NCBI GenBank assembly: GCA_021299635.1
Contig: JAJTFA010000001.1
Span: forward strand, 283,842 to 347,841
Source: Sphingobacteriales bacterium
GTDB lineage: Bacteria; Bacteroidota; Bacteroidia; UKL13-3
Direction: 5' to 3'
Length of the DNA stretch: 64,000 bases
Part shown: positions 9,461 to 18,604 of the stretch, piece after piece
Position numbering within the stretch: the stretch's first letter is position 1
Layout: each line of letters starts with the position of its first letter
The notes under the pieces: model-generated
What the model saw: only the letters and a program-made list of their open reading frames with translations
Told to the model about the DNA's origin: nothing
Databases searched by the model: none
Made by a program: the position numbers and the translations under genes

Positions 9461-10564
9461 TTGAGCCACGATGCCATTATGCTATCTTTGCAAGACATGC
9501 AGGCAGATACAATTAAAAAAGATATTCGCTCTATGTCGCTTGAGGAGCTATCTCAAGCCTTGTTACAGTTAGGGGAGAAGCCATTCCGGGCCAAACAAAT
9601 TTATGAGTGGTTATGGAAGAAATCAGCTTGGTCTTTTGATCAGATGTCAAACCTTTCCGTTGAACTCAGGAAAAATCTTTCAGAAGGGTATTGTATAAAT
9701 CATGTATCGGTTCATGAAAAACAAATTAGCAAAGATGGAACCATTAAAAACAGTCTTCGCCTGTTTGATGGCTATGAGGTAGAGGGTGTGCTAATTCCAA
9801 CTGAAACACGCATGACTGCTTGTGTATCCTCTCAGGTCGGATGCAGTTTAACTTGTAAGTTTTGTGCTACCGGAACGCTTGAGCGTAAACGCAACCTCAA
9901 CGCAGATGAAATTTATGATGAGGTGGTGCTCTTAAGCAGGCAGGCAGAGCAATATTATCAGAAGCCACTTACCAATATTGTATTTATGGGAATGGGTGAA
10001 CCGCTGCTCAATTACCGCAATGTATTGCTTGCTATTGATAAGATTACCGGAACGCATGGTTTGAATATGGCCACCGACAGAATAACCGTTAGTACCGCAG
10101 GCATTGCTAAAATGATAAAACAATTGGGCGATGATCAGGTAAAGTTTAATCTGGCTTTATCTCTTCATGCAGCTAACGATGAAAAGCGTAATCGCATCAT
10201 GCCAATTAATGAATCAAATAATTTGCATGTTTTGGGTGAAGCACTTGCTTATTTCTATGCCAAAACCAAAAATATGGTAACTTTCGAATATATTGTTTTC
10301 AAGGATTTGAATGATACCATAGCGGATGCAGAGGAGTTATTTCAGTTTTCAAAATATGTTCCTTCAAAAGTTAACCTGATTGAGTATAATTCTATAGATG
10401 GGGGAGAGTTTCAAAATACCTCAGGTAACAAACTCCACCGTTTCAAGGCTTACCTGGAAGATAAGGGCCTTACGGCCACCATCAGAAGAAGCAGAGGTAA
10501 GGATATTGATGCCGCCTGCGGGCAACTGGCAAACAAGAAGAATAAAGATGCGATTTTAAACTAA
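9461..10564 (+). CDS. rlmN: 23S rRNA (adenine2503-C2)-methyltransferase RlmN (radical SAM)
   Basis: 367 aa; radical SAM CSLTCKFCATG motif and RlmN/Cfr family N-terminal helical domain. Confidence 0.85.
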   Translation: MSHDAIMLSLQDMQADTIKKDIRSMSLEELSQALLQLGEKPFRAKQIYEWLWKKSAWSFDQMSNLSVELRKNLSEGYCINHVSVHEKQISKDGTIKNSLRLFDGYEVEGVLIPTETRMTACVSSQVGCSLTCKFCATGTLERKRNLNADEIYDEVVLLSRQAEQYYQKPLTNIVFMGMGEPLLNYRNVLLAIDKITGTHGLNMATDRITVSTAGIAKMIKQLGDDQVKFNLALSLHAANDEKRNRIMPINESNNLHVLGEALAYFYAKTKNMVTFEYIVFKDLNDTIADAEELFQFSKYVPSKVNLIEYNSIDGGEFQNTSGNKLHRFKAYLEDKGLTATIRRSRGKDIDAACGQLANKKNKDAILN

Positions 10565-10640
10565 TCAATATCAGTTTTTAAGATGATACAGGTCATAATT
10601 TAATATAGTCCACACATCCAAATTTGTATCTCTAAAATTT

Positions 10641-11090
10641 ATGGAGGACACAATTATGACACCTAGTAAAAAAGACGTATGGAATTTACCATCACTAAAT
10701 GATCTGTTTGATAACAGCCGTTTTATTTCTGACTTTTTTGGCAAAGCCAACGCAATGAATTTACCTGCAGTAAATATTAAAGAATCAGAAAAGCACTTTG
10801 AAGTTGAGCTGGCTATCCCCGGAATGAAAAAGGAAAACATCAGTATTGAAATGAAGGATGATATGGTTACCATTTCAGGAGAAAGAAAGGAAGAACATGA
10901 AGAGAAAGATGAAAAATACCACCATAGGGAATTTTCTTACGGTTCATTCTCTCGTTCTTTTACCATTCCTGAAGGGGTAGAGGCTGATAAAATCAAAGCC
11001 AATTTTGATAATGGCGTGCTGCATCTTATGATTCCAAAAAATCATCATATTGAAGCAGCTATCAATGCCAAAAAAATAAGTATAGCTTAA
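10641..11090 (+). CDS. Hsp20/alpha-crystallin family small heat-shock protein (likely start 10656)
   Basis: 149 aa; alpha-crystallin domain pattern (FEVELAIPGMKKENISIE..ISGERK..GVLHLMIPK). Confidence 0.85.
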   Translation: MEDTIMTPSKKDVWNLPSLNDLFDNSRFISDFFGKANAMNLPAVNIKESEKHFEVELAIPGMKKENISIEMKDDMVTISGERKEEHEEKDEKYHHREFSYGSFSRSFTIPEGVEADKIKANFDNGVLHLMIPKNHHIEAAINAKKISIA

Positions 11091-11106
11091 CATTGATTTC
11101 AGGTTT

Positions 11107-11970
11107 TTGTGCTTGATTTGTTCTGTAATAATTATTTTAACCCTTATGATAACTCATATTTTAATTCCTACTGATTTTTCTGCTGTGGCAAATAATGCTT
11201 TGACCTATGCCATTGATCTTGCTAAAAAGACAGGTGCACAAATTCATGTATTGCATGTAAAACATGTTCCGGTTATGGATGCCAGTTTTCCTGCAGAAAC
11301 CTATCAGATTTACTTGGATGAAATTGACAAAGCAGCAAAAATGGGAATGGAAGAACTGGAGAAAAACATTTTAGAAACTTCAGGGGTGAAGTATGATTTG
11401 CAAACCGTTATGGGTTTTGTTCATGATGAGTTGCAGCATTTTGTTAAGAGACATGATATTGATTTGATTGTGATGGGAACAACCGGTGCTAGTGGATTGC
11501 AAGAGATATTTATTGGAAGCAACGCAGCTTCTGTGGTTTCAAAATCTGAAGTCCCGGTAATGGTGATACCGCATTTAGCCAAGCCTTCAGATTTCAAGCA
11601 TCTGTTATATGCATCGGATTATAACGAGCCTGAGTTTCCTGCAGTTTCACGTCTTATCTATTTTGCAGATTTATTTCATTCCAAAATTACGGTATTGCAT
11701 GTTAAAACGGAGTATGATTTTTATATGAATTCGGAGCGAAACTTCTTTAAAAGAAACAAAGACAACATAAGCCACCACGATATCACAGTGGTGAACATGG
11801 ATAAAGTAGAGACAACGGATGCCATTAATCAATTAATAGATGAAAAACAGGTGGATTTGCTGGTGCTTGCCAAACATAACCGCAGCTGGTTCGACAGATT
11901 GTTTCACCGCAGTTTTAGCAAGAGAATGGCTTTTCATACCAAAATTCCTTTGTTGGTACTGAATAAGTAG
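11107..11970 (+). CDS. Universal stress protein, tandem UspA domains (likely start 11146 MITHILIPTDFS)
   Basis: Two Usp domains with ILIPTDFS..HVLHV and VMGTTGASG motifs. Confidence 0.8.
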   Translation: MCLICSVIIILTLMITHILIPTDFSAVANNALTYAIDLAKKTGAQIHVLHVKHVPVMDASFPAETYQIYLDEIDKAAKMGMEELEKNILETSGVKYDLQTVMGFVHDELQHFVKRHDIDLIVMGTTGASGLQEIFIGSNAASVVSKSEVPVMVIPHLAKPSDFKHLLYASDYNEPEFPAVSRLIYFADLFHSKITVLHVKTEYDFYMNSERNFFKRNKDNISHHDITVVNMDKVETTDAINQLIDEKQVDLLVLAKHNRSWFDRLFHRSFSKRMAFHTKIPLLVLNK

Positions 11971-12070
11971 ATGGTAATAGTTATAAGGGTTAAAGGAAAG
12001 GGCTGCATTACATCCGGTGTTGCAGCCCTTTAATTTTTTTAATAGGTCAGGATTCGTTTTAAGAAATTGA

Positions 12071-12646
12071 TTAGGCGCCTTGAGCAACCACTTCCTTTAC
12101 CTCAGGAATCATGCGGGTAAGCATGCCTTCTATTCCTCGTTTTAGGGTGATTGTAGAAGATGGACAGCCACTGCATGAGCCTCTTAATTCAACTGTAACA
12201 ATTCCGTTTTCAAAATCTTTAAAAACGATTTGTCCGCCATCTGTTTCAACAGCTGGTTTTACATAGGTATCTAATATTTCCTGAATTTTGGATACGATAT
12301 CATTATCTGCACCGAAATCGGTTTTAGCTGTGCTAGCTGCTTTGTATATAATGGGCTCACGGGCCGAGACATATGATTTTAAAAACTCTTTTGTGATGGG
12401 AATTATTTCTTCCCATTCAATACCTTCTTTACGGGTAATGGTAACAAAATTGTTCATGATGAAAACCCCATTTACAAAACTGAATTCGAAAAGATTTTTT
12501 GCAAGGGGCGACATGTCTGTACTTCCTTTTGTAGGAAAATCGGCACTGTCATCCGGCAAAATCATTTTGTTGAACACAAACTTCATGGTTTCCGGATTAG
12601 GAGTCGATTCGCTATATACATCAAGAAATTCGTTCACTTCGTTCAT
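12071..12646 (-). CDS. NifU/Nfu-family Fe-S cluster scaffold protein
   Basis: 191 aa; C-terminal Nfu domain with CSGCPSS motif (CxxC), N-terminal scaffold-like domain. Confidence 0.8.
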   Translation of the reverse strand: MNEVNEFLDVYSESTPNPETMKFVFNKMILPDDSADFPTKGSTDMSPLAKNLFEFSFVNGVFIMNNFVTITRKEGIEWEEIIPITKEFLKSYVSAREPIIYKAASTAKTDFGADNDIVSKIQEILDTYVKPAVETDGGQIVFKDFENGIVTVELRGSCSGCPSSTITLKRGIEGMLTRMIPEVKEVVAQGA

Positions 12647-12710
12647 AATATTTACAATTGAATCACAAATATAACAACATTATGTGCGTATTGGTTCGGA
12701 GCAATATGTT

Positions 12711-13187
12711 TTACATCAATTTGTTCAGCATGTCCCAGGTGAGGTCGGGCTCAAATCCTTTGGCTATTAGGTAGCGTGAGGCTTTTAGTTTCTTTACCCT
12801 GCTATCTTTGTCTTTGCTGTCTTTTAATTTTTTTCTTACTTCTGCCTCCAGTACTTTCAAATAATCATCACCATCAATTTCAAGCATGGCTTTGGCTAAA
12901 CAATAGTCAGAAATTTCACGTTGGCGCAATTCAATTTTAATTTTGTTCCTTCCCCATTGCTTGGTTCTGAATTTACCACCGGCAAAGGCTCTGGCAAAAC
13001 GTTCTTCATTCAGGTAGTTTTGCTCAATAAGCTGCAATACAATGTTTTCGGCCTCTTTGCCCCATAAGCCCCATTCAGCCAGTTTGGCTCTTACCTCTTT
13101 CTGGCATCTTTCCTGGTAGGCACAATAATGTGCTGCCTTAAGCAATGCTTGAGAAGGGGTAAGTGATTGTGTTTTATCGCGCTTCAT
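12711..13187 (-). CDS. recX: Regulatory protein RecX (start taken at internal MKRDKTQS; ORF extends to 13289)
   Basis: RecX three-helix repeats (ALLKAAHYCAYQERCQKEVRAKL..); start choice avoids overlap with divergent MFS gene. Confidence 0.7.
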   Translation of the reverse strand: MKRDKTQSLTPSQALLKAAHYCAYQERCQKEVRAKLAEWGLWGKEAENIVLQLIEQNYLNEERFARAFAGGKFRTKQWGRNKIKIELRQREISDYCLAKAMLEIDGDDYLKVLEAEVRKKLKDSKDKDSRVKKLKASRYLIAKGFEPDLTWDMLNKLM

Positions 13188-13261
13188 ATATGTGGAGAAA
13201 GAATTATGCTTTACTTGCTTGCACGCCCGCAAATGTAAAACTACTTTAGCAGCAATAACAA

Positions 13262-14530
13262 ATGAATCAGCATTCAAACCGGCACGCATTATGGCTGCTT
13301 TATACGGCTAACGGCATCAGTGGTTTTGCTCAAGGGGTAAGCATGCTTGCGATTCCTTGGTATTTTGCACGTAGTGGTGAAATGAGTTATTATAATACCT
13401 GCTACGGTATTATAACTTTTTTGGTATTATTCTTTGGCCTGTATGCGGGTACACTCGTTGATAAATACAGTCGGAAAGATAATTTTCTTGTAAGTAATCT
13501 GGTTGCCGGATTTGTTTTATTAGCCATTTCTGCAATTGGATTTTATTCAGGCAATTTGCCTGATATACTGGTAATTTCAGTGTTTGCCATCACGATGCTT
13601 AGTTACAATATTCACTATCCAACATTATATGCTTTTGGGCAGGAAATTACTGAGCCGGCCTATTATCATCGCCTCAATTCCAATATTGAAATTGTGGGTC
13701 AAAGCACCTCTGTTTTAAGCGGAGCCTTTGCAGCCATTTTGTTAGAAGGCGTGGCTGTCGGTGATACCCGTTTATTTGGGCTCAATGTGTGCATGCCGTT
13801 TGCTATTCCTGAATGGAATATTTGGGAGATTTTTGTAATGGATGCCATTACTTATTTTATTTCGGCCATGTTGATTTATTTTATCAGATACACGCCCAAT
13901 CCTGCCTTGCATAAGCAGGTTGATACTATTTCACAACGGGTTAAAGCAGGCTTTGTGTATTTGAAACAACATACAGCATTTCTTATTTTTGGCATATTCA
14001 GCTATGCAGTTTTTGCCATGCTTATTGTAGAGATTTTTTCTTTACTGCCGGCATATGTAGAAACGCACTTGCATGAGCAGGGTAGTGTTTTTGCTATGGC
14101 TGATGGTATTTATGCCTTTGGTGCTCTGGGTGCAGGCTTATTTGTAAATAAAGTTTTTGCCTCAACCAATAAGGTAAAGGCAGTGATAATACTAACACTT
14201 GTTACAGCTGCTATTTTCTTCTGGATGTTTACAAGTAAAGCCGTTTGGGTTGTTTATATTGTCTCACTTATTTTAGGGTTTACCAATGCCGGAATTAGGG
14301 TGCTGCGTTTAACCTATTTGTTTAATCACGTCCCCAATGAATTAATGGGACGCGTTAACAGTATTTTTAATATGGTAAACGTACTTACGCGTGCCGGGTT
14401 TATATTTCTCTTTTCCACTTCATTTTTTACCTTTGGCAATCATGTGATTTGGGCCTACTTTGTGATGTCAATATTTTTGCTCATTTCTGCATTGGTATTA
14501 ATTTTTAATTACAATAAAATCAACAACTAA
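13262..14530 (+). CDS. MFS transporter (12 predicted TM helices)
   Basis: 422 aa hydrophobic; MFS-like loop GTLVDKYSRK between TM2-3. Confidence 0.75.
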   Translation: MNQHSNRHALWLLYTANGISGFAQGVSMLAIPWYFARSGEMSYYNTCYGIITFLVLFFGLYAGTLVDKYSRKDNFLVSNLVAGFVLLAISAIGFYSGNLPDILVISVFAITMLSYNIHYPTLYAFGQEITEPAYYHRLNSNIEIVGQSTSVLSGAFAAILLEGVAVGDTRLFGLNVCMPFAIPEWNIWEIFVMDAITYFISAMLIYFIRYTPNPALHKQVDTISQRVKAGFVYLKQHTAFLIFGIFSYAVFAMLIVEIFSLLPAYVETHLHEQGSVFAMADGIYAFGALGAGLFVNKVFASTNKVKAVIILTLVTAAIFFWMFTSKAVWVVYIVSLILGFTNAGIRVLRLTYLFNHVPNELMGRVNSIFNMVNVLTRAGFIFLFSTSFFTFGNHVIWAYFVMSIFLLISALVLIFNYNKINN

Positions 14531-14544
14531 TCGGTCTGCTAACT

Positions 14545-17019
14545 ATGTCATACGCCATACAGGAAATTGCTGAAATTGTTCAAGGCAAATTGGTGCATCA
14601 GGCTGCAGGTTTAGGCATTGCCGATAGGGTTGAGCATCTGCTCATTGATTCGCGCAAGGTTGTTTATCCTGAAACTTCTTTGTTTGTTGCCATAAAGGGC
14701 GAACGAAATGATGGTCATGCATATCTTAAAGATGTGTATGATAGCGGGGTGCGTAATTTTATGCTACAGCAATTTACTGCAGATGCATTACCGGCCGATG
14801 TAAATATTATCTTAGTGCCTGATGCACTGCATGCCTTGCAGACATTGGCAGGTTATCACCGCAAACACTTTGCCTATCCTGTGGTTGGTATCACGGGTAG
14901 CAACGGCAAAACCATCGTGAAGGAATGGCTTTATCAACTCCTTAAAGATGATGTAAATGTGGTGCGTAACCCTAAAAGTTATAACTCACAGGTTGGTGTG
15001 CCGCTATCTGTATGGCAAATGCAGGGTTACCATCAATTGGGTGTTTTTGAAGCCGGAATTTCTATAAAAGGAGAAATGGGCAAGCTAGAGCAGATGATTA
15101 AGCCCGATATTGGTATTTTTACCTATCTAGGTTCAGCACACGATGAGGGCTTTTATTCACGCAAGGAAAAATTACATGAAAAGCTGCAGCTATTTAAAGC
15201 TGCCGGTTTACTTATATATAGTAGAGATTATGAAGACGTAGAGGAGGGTGTTATTCAGTTTTTGCCAAGGCACCCTAATCTTAAAACTTTTACGTGGAGT
15301 CTTTCTGGTATTGCTGCAGATTGTAATTTTCAGGCGGAAATCAAATCAGGACAAACTCAAATCAAATGGCGCAGGGGCTCACACGTGCTTAGCATAAGCA
15401 TTCCTTTCACCGATGAAGCATCCATTAACAATGCTTGCTCTTGTTTTGCTTTTCTTGCCGCTGTAAACAGACTATCTACCGATGTGCTGAAACGTTTTGA
15501 AGCCTTGCAGGCCATAGAAATGCGTTTGCAGCTCAAAGAAGGAAATAATAATTGTATACTGATTAACGATAGCTACAACGCTGATATCAATGCCTTGCAA
15601 ATTGCACTCGATTTTATGGAGCAACAAAGTGCAGGCTACCAAAAAACAGTGATTTTATCCGATATTTTGCAAAGTGGTGTATCAGAAAGTGATTTGTATA
15701 AACAGGTTGCCGCATTGCTGAGGCATAAGAATGTGTCCCGCATTATTTGTATTGGTCCGGTTATGTGCCGCAATAAGCAAGTTTTTGATGCACATACGCA
15801 GTTTTATGAATCAACTGCACAATTTATTCAGCATTTTAAAAGTTTAGATTATCTGCATCAGATTATTTTAATTAAAGGTGCACGTGAATTCCGCTTCGAG
15901 AAAATAAGTTCATTGCTTGAAAAACGTATTCATGAAACCATTTTTGAAGTAAACCTAAACGCCTTGGTACATAACCTTAATGTTTATCGCAAGCATATTG
16001 CCCCGCAGGTAAAGCTAATGGGTATGGTTAAGGCATACAGCTATGGTGCGGGTAGCTATGAGATAGCAAAGGTACTTGAGTTTAACAGGGTTGATTATTT
16101 AACTGTTGCGTATGCAGATGAAGGCGTTGTATTGCGCAAGGCCGGTATAAAATTACCCATCATGGTTATGAATCCTGAAGCATCTGCCTTCGATCAGATT
16201 CTGAAACATAACCTTGAACCAGAGATTTATAATTTTCATATACTCGATCAGTTAATTAATGCTTGTGATGGGGAAGAAACAGGTATTCATATTGAGTTGG
16301 ATTGTGGCATGAAACGTTTGGGTTTTGATGAGGATAAGCTGGACTTGCTGATTGATACATTAAAGCAAAATCCTAACATCAGGGTTCGAAGTGTTTTTGC
16401 CCATCTTGCCGCTAGTGAAGAAAAAAAGCATGATGAGTTTACACATGAGCAAATTTACCGTTTCAATCAAATGAGCAATCAATTAATGGCTGCTTTTGAT
16501 TATCCGGTTCTACGCCATATCTTAAATAGCAGCGGCATTGTTCGTTTCCCTGATGCACAATTCGATATGGTGAGGCTAGGAATTGGTTTGTATGGAATAG
16601 ACCCTTCAGGCAACATGCAGAAGGAATTACAGCACATAGGTGTATTGAAAACCGTTATTTCTCAGTTGAGGCAAATACGCTCGCACGAAACGGTTGGATA
16701 CAGCAGAAAAGGAAAAGTAACCCGTGATACTATGATTGCAACTGTTGCCATTGGTTATGCCGATGGGCTTAATAGAAGATTGGGAAATGGCAGGGGCTAT
16801 ATGTTGGTTAACGGTAAACGTGCGCCCATTGTTGGGAGTATTTGTATGGATATGACCATGCTGGATGTAACAGATATTGCATGCAAAGAAGGTGATGAGG
16901 TAATTGTTTTTGGCAAGGAGCCAGGTATTATGGAAATAGCAGATAAAACCGGAACCATTCCTTATGAAGTACTTACTGCCATATCTCAGCGCGTAAAACG
17001 CGTATATTTTTGGGAGTAA
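14545..17019 (+). CDS. murF: Bifunctional UDP-N-acetylmuramoyl-tripeptide--D-alanyl-D-alanine ligase (MurF) / alanine racemase (Alr) fusion
   Basis: 824 aa; N-terminal Mur ligase (GITGSNGKT P-loop) and C-terminal PLP alanine racemase (VKAYSYGAG, catalytic K). Confidence 0.9.
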   Translation: MSYAIQEIAEIVQGKLVHQAAGLGIADRVEHLLIDSRKVVYPETSLFVAIKGERNDGHAYLKDVYDSGVRNFMLQQFTADALPADVNIILVPDALHALQTLAGYHRKHFAYPVVGITGSNGKTIVKEWLYQLLKDDVNVVRNPKSYNSQVGVPLSVWQMQGYHQLGVFEAGISIKGEMGKLEQMIKPDIGIFTYLGSAHDEGFYSRKEKLHEKLQLFKAAGLLIYSRDYEDVEEGVIQFLPRHPNLKTFTWSLSGIAADCNFQAEIKSGQTQIKWRRGSHVLSISIPFTDEASINNACSCFAFLAAVNRLSTDVLKRFEALQAIEMRLQLKEGNNNCILINDSYNADINALQIALDFMEQQSAGYQKTVILSDILQSGVSESDLYKQVAALLRHKNVSRIICIGPVMCRNKQVFDAHTQFYESTAQFIQHFKSLDYLHQIILIKGAREFRFEKISSLLEKRIHETIFEVNLNALVHNLNVYRKHIAPQVKLMGMVKAYSYGAGSYEIAKVLEFNRVDYLTVAYADEGVVLRKAGIKLPIMVMNPEASAFDQILKHNLEPEIYNFHILDQLINACDGEETGIHIELDCGMKRLGFDEDKLDLLIDTLKQNPNIRVRSVFAHLAASEEKKHDEFTHEQIYRFNQMSNQLMAAFDYPVLRHILNSSGIVRFPDAQFDMVRLGIGLYGIDPSGNMQKELQHIGVLKTVISQLRQIRSHETVGYSRKGKVTRDTMIATVAIGYADGLNRRLGNGRGYMLVNGKRAPIVGSICMDMTMLDVTDIACKEGDEVIVFGKEPGIMEIADKTGTIPYEVLTAISQRVKRVYFWE

Positions 17020-17494
17020 TTTGTTCGAGTTTCAATAATATCACTCCGTTTGTACATTCGCTGTATTTCTAATTTGAATGTTTCTAACTACTAAAGTTTT
17101 ATCACCAAGGCACTGAGAGTAAGTCGAAGGATGAAGGACCGCTGCATTGAAAGAGAAAGAATAAAGCCGTGAGAAACGAGAAGTGAGGATCGAGCGAATA
17201 AAATCTAAGCCTTTCTAATTTCTAACTTCTAATTTTCTTAACTACAAAGACTGCTTTGTTGAAACTCATCATCACATTGACACATTATTACATCAACTCA
17301 TTATTACATTAATAAGATTTTACTCTTCTAATTTCTAATCTCCAACAACCAAAAGCCAAAGGCTAAAAGCTGAACATTCAATGTTAAGTTAAAAAGGCTT
17401 CGAATATCGAACGCTAAATATCGAATATTTAATAATGAATGTCGAATGTGGAAGTAGGGAGGATAACTTTAGATATTAGAACTGTAATAATCTC
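17020..17494. repeat. 475 bp AT-rich intergenic region between two converging genes, with three copies of a degenerate ~35 nt motif (ttctaatttctaa...ctaac..aaag) and several short palindromes
   Basis: Motif copies near 17064, 17213, 17325; palindromes aacattcaatgtt and ttcgaatatcgaa near 17375-17440; no ORF >20 codons of note. Confidence 0.6.
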
Positions 17495-18514
17495 TCAATT
17501 TTTGAATCCTTCGATCCTTGCATCCATCAAACTAAACCATAAAGGCGGTATGGCAGCAACAAAAAACAACCCTGCATAACCGCTGGGAAGTTCAGGACTT
17601 TTTTCATAGCTCAATAATGTATGGTAAGGTTTAGAAGCATGGTAATGATGATCAGCATGGCGGCTTAAATCAATAAGCAGAAACCGACTTACAGGAATAT
17701 CACTTTGCCAACTATGCAATTCTGTTACTCTTTCTTTCTCATCACGACTCAAGCCATAATGCTCTATATAATTTACATACTCAAGCAGAAAGTTAGCTAC
17801 TACACAATGTAAAACAAAGCCAAGCAATGCAATGTAGCCAAGCAAGTACCAGATTAGCACATCAAGCAACAGATGCAATACAACCTGTCTCACTACATAA
17901 TGATTTAAACTCCAAATTGATTTACCTGCTTTTCTTAAGCGTTCACTTTCCAGTTGCCAAGCACCTTTAATCTGACCCATGCCACTGCTTAAAAAGAACG
18001 AATATAAGTTCTGGCCTTTTCTGGCTGTAGCCGAATCTTTTGATGTGCCAACCCATTTATGATGCACGCGCAGATGCTCTATAAAAAAGTAAAAATTGCC
18101 TGCGGTAAAAAGTAGCCATCTTCCAAAAAATTGCAGGTGTCTTTCTTTGCGATGAATGAGCTCATGTGCAACTACAATGGCAGCAGAGCCGGTATTTACA
18201 CCCATACTGATTGCAGCAGCCCAAATCCAGTAACCCTGCAGGATATTGCTGTATATGCCATAAAAATAGCTTGCTAGGCACAATGCCTGAAGTGGTAAAT
18301 GCAGATACAGGATAAATGCAGGAAGTGCATCATCCTTTTCGCTATGGTTATTCTGTTTATTAGGTCTTAGGAGCCATTCAGCTGCACCAAGCACAACAAG
18401 CGAATAAATGAAATTAAGTATGCTATACCAACCGCCCTGAAGGTTTCCTAAAATAACGGCAAGGCCGGGAGTGAGGCTAAGCAGGTAAGCAAAGTTTCTG
18501 ATTTTCGTTCTCAT
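17495..18514 (-). CDS. AlkB-type membrane non-heme di-iron hydroxylase / fatty-acid desaturase family protein
   Basis: 339 aa, multiple TM; three His boxes HELIHR, EHLRVHH, HADHHYH diagnostic of the AlkB/desaturase superfamily. Confidence 0.8.
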   Translation of the reverse strand: MRTKIRNFAYLLSLTPGLAVILGNLQGGWYSILNFIYSLVVLGAAEWLLRPNKQNNHSEKDDALPAFILYLHLPLQALCLASYFYGIYSNILQGYWIWAAAISMGVNTGSAAIVVAHELIHRKERHLQFFGRWLLFTAGNFYFFIEHLRVHHKWVGTSKDSATARKGQNLYSFFLSSGMGQIKGAWQLESERLRKAGKSIWSLNHYVVRQVVLHLLLDVLIWYLLGYIALLGFVLHCVVANFLLEYVNYIEHYGLSRDEKERVTELHSWQSDIPVSRFLLIDLSRHADHHYHASKPYHTLLSYEKSPELPSGYAGLFFVAAIPPLWFSLMDARIEGFKN

Positions 18515-18604
18515 TGTTTATCAAAGTAAATGAAGCTTTTTTATAAAACAACAAATTACTTTATCTTATTCCTTTTGGAACCAGATTATAGCTTAGATAA
18601 AATT

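Noticed and set aside
12288-12674. 128 aa plus-strand ORF
   Set aside because: It lies entirely antisense to the NifU-family gene at 12071..12646, which has clear CxxC Nfu motifs. It is spurious.
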